A stretch of DNA of 63,692 bases, counting the filler. It is 11 parts of 11 records of this genome, joined end to end, with 100 filler letters (N's around TTAATTAATTAA, not from the genome) between each part and the next. Parts side by side here need not be neighbours in the genome. Positions count along the whole stretch, not along the records: positions 59,290 to 63,692 come from SRR15195285_1225; 10 more parts are not named here. One strand, 5' to 3'. Both the position numbers and the translations under genes were made by a program. A model generated the notes under the pieces. It worked only from the letters and a program-made list of their open reading frames with translations, was not told the DNA's origin and searched no databases. This document shows positions 59,708-63,692 of the stretch, in pieces (the first letter of the stretch is position 1; the number at the start of each line of letters is the position of its first letter).

Positions 59708-62707
59708 ATGGCCATGGTGCCGCTCTCGCCGACGCGCAGCGTGTTGTCGCCGACTGACAGCGCGATGAACAACCCGTTCGCTGAACAAATGAAAGAGATT
59801 ACGGACAGCCACATGAAGCTGTTGTACCTGCTGCACAAGTACGCCAAGGCTGCCGAGGAGCGCGGGGACGCTGAAGGATGGATCCGTGAGGTCCACCTGA
59901 ACGTTCTTATCTACGAGGGGATCGAAAAAGAGGTCTTGGACTACGATTACGCACCGCAGTCCATGCTGGTCGGAACCAAGCGAGTTTTCATGAACATCTC
60001 CCAGGAAGGGCGAGACGATATCGACGATCTCCGCCAGTACGGCTTTATCAACGGCCTCAAGTTGGCCACGGAGGACCTCACGTCGGTCACTGCGTTTCAA
60101 GTTTCGCTAGACGGGATGAAGCTGCTGAAAACAATCGATCAGGCTCTGATCGATTCCGTCGATCACTTCCTGTATCCGCCGAAGCCTTTCCCGAAGGAGC
60201 TTAAGCTGGTTTCGTGGGACCAGAGAGAGGGGAGGTTTGCGGTGTTCACTCGCAAAGGCTACCATATGTGGTCGAAAGTCACGGAGATGGAGGATGTGTC
60301 GTACGTCGGGTCGCCGTATCTGCTAGACTGCCTGCGGGCGGATATACGGCCCGAACCAATGACGGACAACGGGGACCGCGCCTGGGAAGCAGCACGTGGC
60401 GTGACGACGCTGAAGGACGACGTCTCCGAGTTCATAATTTTGCAGTCGGTCCGGTTGCTCATATCGGAGTGGGTGCCCTTCGGCTCCAACCAGATTGTCG
60501 CGCTGAATACGTCGCTTGGCTCTGCCGATCGCTGCCCTGGGGGCATGTTTACGGACAAAGTGGACCACGATCCGTCGAGCTCTGAGTTTGAGTGCCCAAC
60601 GGGGATGACTACGGTAAAGATTCATGACCACGATATGACGAAGTTCATCAACCTGGAGGCGGAGGTAAACATCCCGGAGGACGGCGGTGTCGTGCAGGTC
60701 GAGAATTTCGGGATTCACTTCTCCAAGGAGGGCACAGTAGTGTATGGCATGAAGGTTGAGTCAATCCAGGAGCGCCTGGGAGATAAAGGTCTGTCGGTGG
60801 ACTACCTGTGCCGAGTGCTGGCAGACGTACATGAGGACTCGTCCAAGATCGTCGATTCGCTGCTGTCCAGCTACCAAAGAAAACTGTTGGGAATGGTTTA
60901 CCTAGGAGATCACTTGAGCCGTGACAAGTTTAACGTGATTATGTGCGAAAGTGCACGGCCGGCTGCTGGTGGGCGTTTCAAAGCTGGTAAGTTCTGCGCC
61001 CATGTTGGCGATCGCCCAGCAAATGGAGTTGGCCACTGGATAGATCCATCTGAATCACCGTTGACTTGCCATCCGTGCAGAGGACTTCAAGGATGGTGAG
61101 GACGTGGAATGTGAAATTACTCAGATTATTGGTGATATCGAGAGCCATGAAGATTTATCGGTTGTTGACATACTTTTGTGAGTTCATTTTACAGGCCTGT
61201 GTCATCCGTACGTGGTATGCCGTGGCGTTGCTGATCATGCTCTGTTTGCTCCAGGGTGGGACGACGTGGGATTCTCCTGGCGGGTCCGAATGTGGTGCAG
61301 CACGAGCTGGTTGTCAAACACTTGCTGATGCTGTGCTCACTGGACATGTTCCTCCAGGTCTTCTTTCAGCGTTGCTTTACGCTGGCCGACACACTCAACA
61401 AGCTGCGGGATGCCATCAACCAGCACACAAAGGACCCATCGTCTGTGCCGCGGATACGTCGGAAGCTATCGGAAACTTCTGCGCAGATTATCATGCTTGG
61501 CGAGGTTCTTGGCTACTTGGACGAGAGCGTCATCGAGATGGACAATCCGCAATACCCAAAAGACGTCAAAGGCATTGAGCTTTACCACAAGATGGAAATA
61601 CCGGAGCGTGTCTCAAATATGAAGGAGAGAGTTCGAGATTTGTCCAAGAACGTGACAGGCTGCAAGCACGAACAAGAGAACCTGAGCCAGATGACTGACG
61701 TGATCAACACGACCAAGCTGTGCGATTCGTTTGCGCTTTTGTTGTAGCCGCCAGGTAGCGTAGGATTTCCTTTTTGGCCAGCACAAGCTATCCTGCTCAC
61801 ATGGTGTTGGTCATGCAGCGAGGAGGTGTTCGGGCATGTTGAGGTGAACACAAAAGATCTGGTGGCCAAAGCCACTGCGCACGAGCGCGCTACGACAACG
61901 CTGCGTGTAATTCAGTACATGCTGGCCGCGACGGTTGCGTTCGACATCGTCGATCGCGTCACAGCCCTTGACCTGTCAGTTTTCGTCGATATGTCCACGG
62001 CAAATGTAGGTGGTACGCCGGAATGGCAGCGATCCATCGTGACGAACCTCATCTACCAACCGGGTATGTGGTTCCTGGTGAACATGATTGCAGCAGCTGC
62101 TTTGATCGTGGTGATGGGGAAGTATATGGCATGGCTCGAAGCAAAGGCAAATGGTCAGGTCAACGTCGTGGTGGTGGTGAATTGTCCGATCAACGTCCCG
62201 AGGCTGTGGGAGTATCTTGGTACGAAAGAGATTGAATCGACTGAATCAATCGATGAGGGGGAGCGACAGCTGAAGAAGCTCGAATGGCAGGAGCTTGAAC
62301 CGACGGAGTGGGATGGGTCCGCACCCAGGATCCAACTCCTGTTTCAGGACGCAGAGGAGATCTCCAGCAGTGATGAAGAGGACGATACGCAGATCCGTGA
62401 GCCCGGTGAGCTGGGGCCAGGCCAGGGCTTCCTGCTCGAGATGAGGTAAGATATGCCGATTGGATGCATCTTGCGTTCCTTTGTTGAAATTGCGAGGTTG
62501 CCTGTGCTGTAGCTCATGATTGCCCGTTGCGCATCTCTCAGATTTGAGCTAGACGGTAGGGCGTCGAAAATGCGCGAAAAGGAGCTGAAGCTGCAAATGA
62601 TGGGTGAGCTCGATGAGGCTGGTGTGCTCATTCAAGTCGATAGCAGCGGCCGCAATCTGCGAAAGTTGAAGGCGGTTTCTGACGTCTCCTTGGATATGGG
62701 CATTTGA
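59708..62707 (+). CDS. Conserved unknown 'YDYAP' protein with CorA-like helical stalk and two TM helices
   Basis: Long coding-biased exons joined by GT-AG introns. N-terminal LIYEGI..LDYDYAP..MNISQEGRDDIDDLR block, then an amphipathic helical region, then hydrophobic segments VIQYMLAATVAFDIV and MWFLVNMIAAAALIVVM. Confidence 0.75.
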
Positions 62708-62957
62708 AGCGGCGGCCCAAGATGAACAATCTCACCAGTGCGCCCGGCAGGGGATCTTGCGGCTGCTAGAGGGCTTTTGAGGACCTGGTCACCGCAACGG
62801 TCCTACCGGTCTGCGGCTGGCATGGCTATGCTTGTGTTCAGCAGAGGTCAAGCCTTTGCTCAGCGCTGTTTGCTTGCGCGTATACATTACCGCACGAGGG
62901 CAGACCCGGAGGTGGTCTCGTATGGTGCGCGCTGCGTGGTACCTCTTCCGGTATCCC

Positions 62958-63070
62958 CGCCACGCGACTCCTCCGTTTTGAAAACAGGTTCGTGCACACG
63001 GGCGGCATCCGTTAAAAACATGCATCCAACTTCAAGACGTATCCAACGTTAAAAACGGGGTCGCGTGGCG
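62958..63070. repeat. Imperfect inverted repeat / MITE-like hairpin
   Basis: CGCCACGCGAC-tcct-CCGTTTT (62958-62979) pairs with AAAAACGG-gg-TCGCGTGGCG (63051-63070). Confidence 0.5.
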
Positions 63071-63149
63071 CTGTTGCTGCCTAGGGCACGTGCCGAACGC
63101 GCGGCGCGTGCTGATACATAAATTATATGGTTTCCACATCGTTTATTGA

Positions 63150-63692
63150 ACACATTTGTCACATTCGACGTGGCCAATTCACGAATTCAGCGACATTTAG
63201 CAATCGTTCTCACATGATGGTTTAGTCTAAAATGTATTCGTGATCACAATATGATCATATGCTGACTGCTATGGAATCCCTAAGAGACTTAGTGGGTGTG
63301 GCACGGCCCGCAGAGGCAGGCATGGGATGATTCATTCGCCTGTGGTTGCGTGGGTGGAGTAGGCTACAATATTGGGAGGGATTTTGCATGCCACTACAAA
63401 TCAGGTGTCAGCGCAGCTCAAGCTAGCGATGTCGCGCCTTTACCACGTGTTTAAAGGCGACGAATTGCATTATTTTGTGGCCTCGTAATGGGAATCAAGA
63501 ACCGATGAATCCCGCTGAGGAAGCCGATCTGAAGAAGTTCGTCGGCGACCACACGGGAGACTACGACTCTACACCGTGCCATCCGTTCCTGGTTGTCTAT
63601 GTCGATGATTTTTTGTTTGTAAGTGTTGATGAAGAACAACTACGGCGGCAAATGCTGACCCTCATCTGGTGGATGAAGAAAAAGCAGCTTTA
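63150..63692 (+). mobile_element. Degenerate Ty3/Gypsy-like LTR-retrotransposon reverse transcriptase fragment (runs off window)
   Basis: The frame from 63427 reads ...PFLVVYVDDFLFVSVDEEQLRRQMLTLIWWMKKKQL (YVDD at 63598-63609). Possible upstream remnants YWEGFCMP (~63370-63393) and FVTFDVANS (~63155, other frame) are broken by a stop and a frameshift. Confidence 0.72.

Noticed and set aside
63451-63639. Listed 62-aa minus-strand ORF
   Set aside because: Antisense shadow of the plus-strand RT frame.

Overview
This is not one locus. It is 11 separate contigs joined by ten identical 100-bp artificial linkers (N44-TTAATTAATTAA-N44), so gene neighbourhood is only meaningful within a contig. The DNA is from a GC-rich, gene-dense eukaryotic microbe with many short spliceosomal introns (mostly about 50-200 bp; GT-AG, plus one clear GC-AG). 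The gene content suggests a heterotrophic protist assembly. The PEPEPE repeats and abundant secreted CAZymes remind me of Picozoa-type assemblies, but that is an unverified guess. About 20 genes can be reconstructed by hand-splicing: a proline-rich repeat protein, a >3000-aa coiled-coil protein with 29/36-residue repeats, a PGM2-type phosphomutase, an Smr-domain protein, a secreted JmjC-TPR protein, an FN3/tepsin-ENTH/GOLD fusion, a GHL15-like hydrolase, an SH3-like/SAM protein, a CVNH/Apple/HSL-esterase fusion, a PX-anoctamin fusion, GH20, GH27, DUF4838, an NFKBIL1-like J-like protein, a tandem family III CoA-transferase, a PTS2-bearing PhyH-type dioxygenase, a bacterial-type malate synthase G with an added PTS1-like tail, and a 'YDYAP' protein with a CorA-like C-terminus. 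A Ty3/Gypsy-like reverse-transcriptase fragment (YVDD) at the very end of the window is missing from the ORF track. I found no rRNA, tRNA or CRISPR array, and no single new multi-gene system. The best leads are unusual domain fusions and retargeted prokaryote-type enzymes. All domain calls come from motif recognition by eye and have not been searched.
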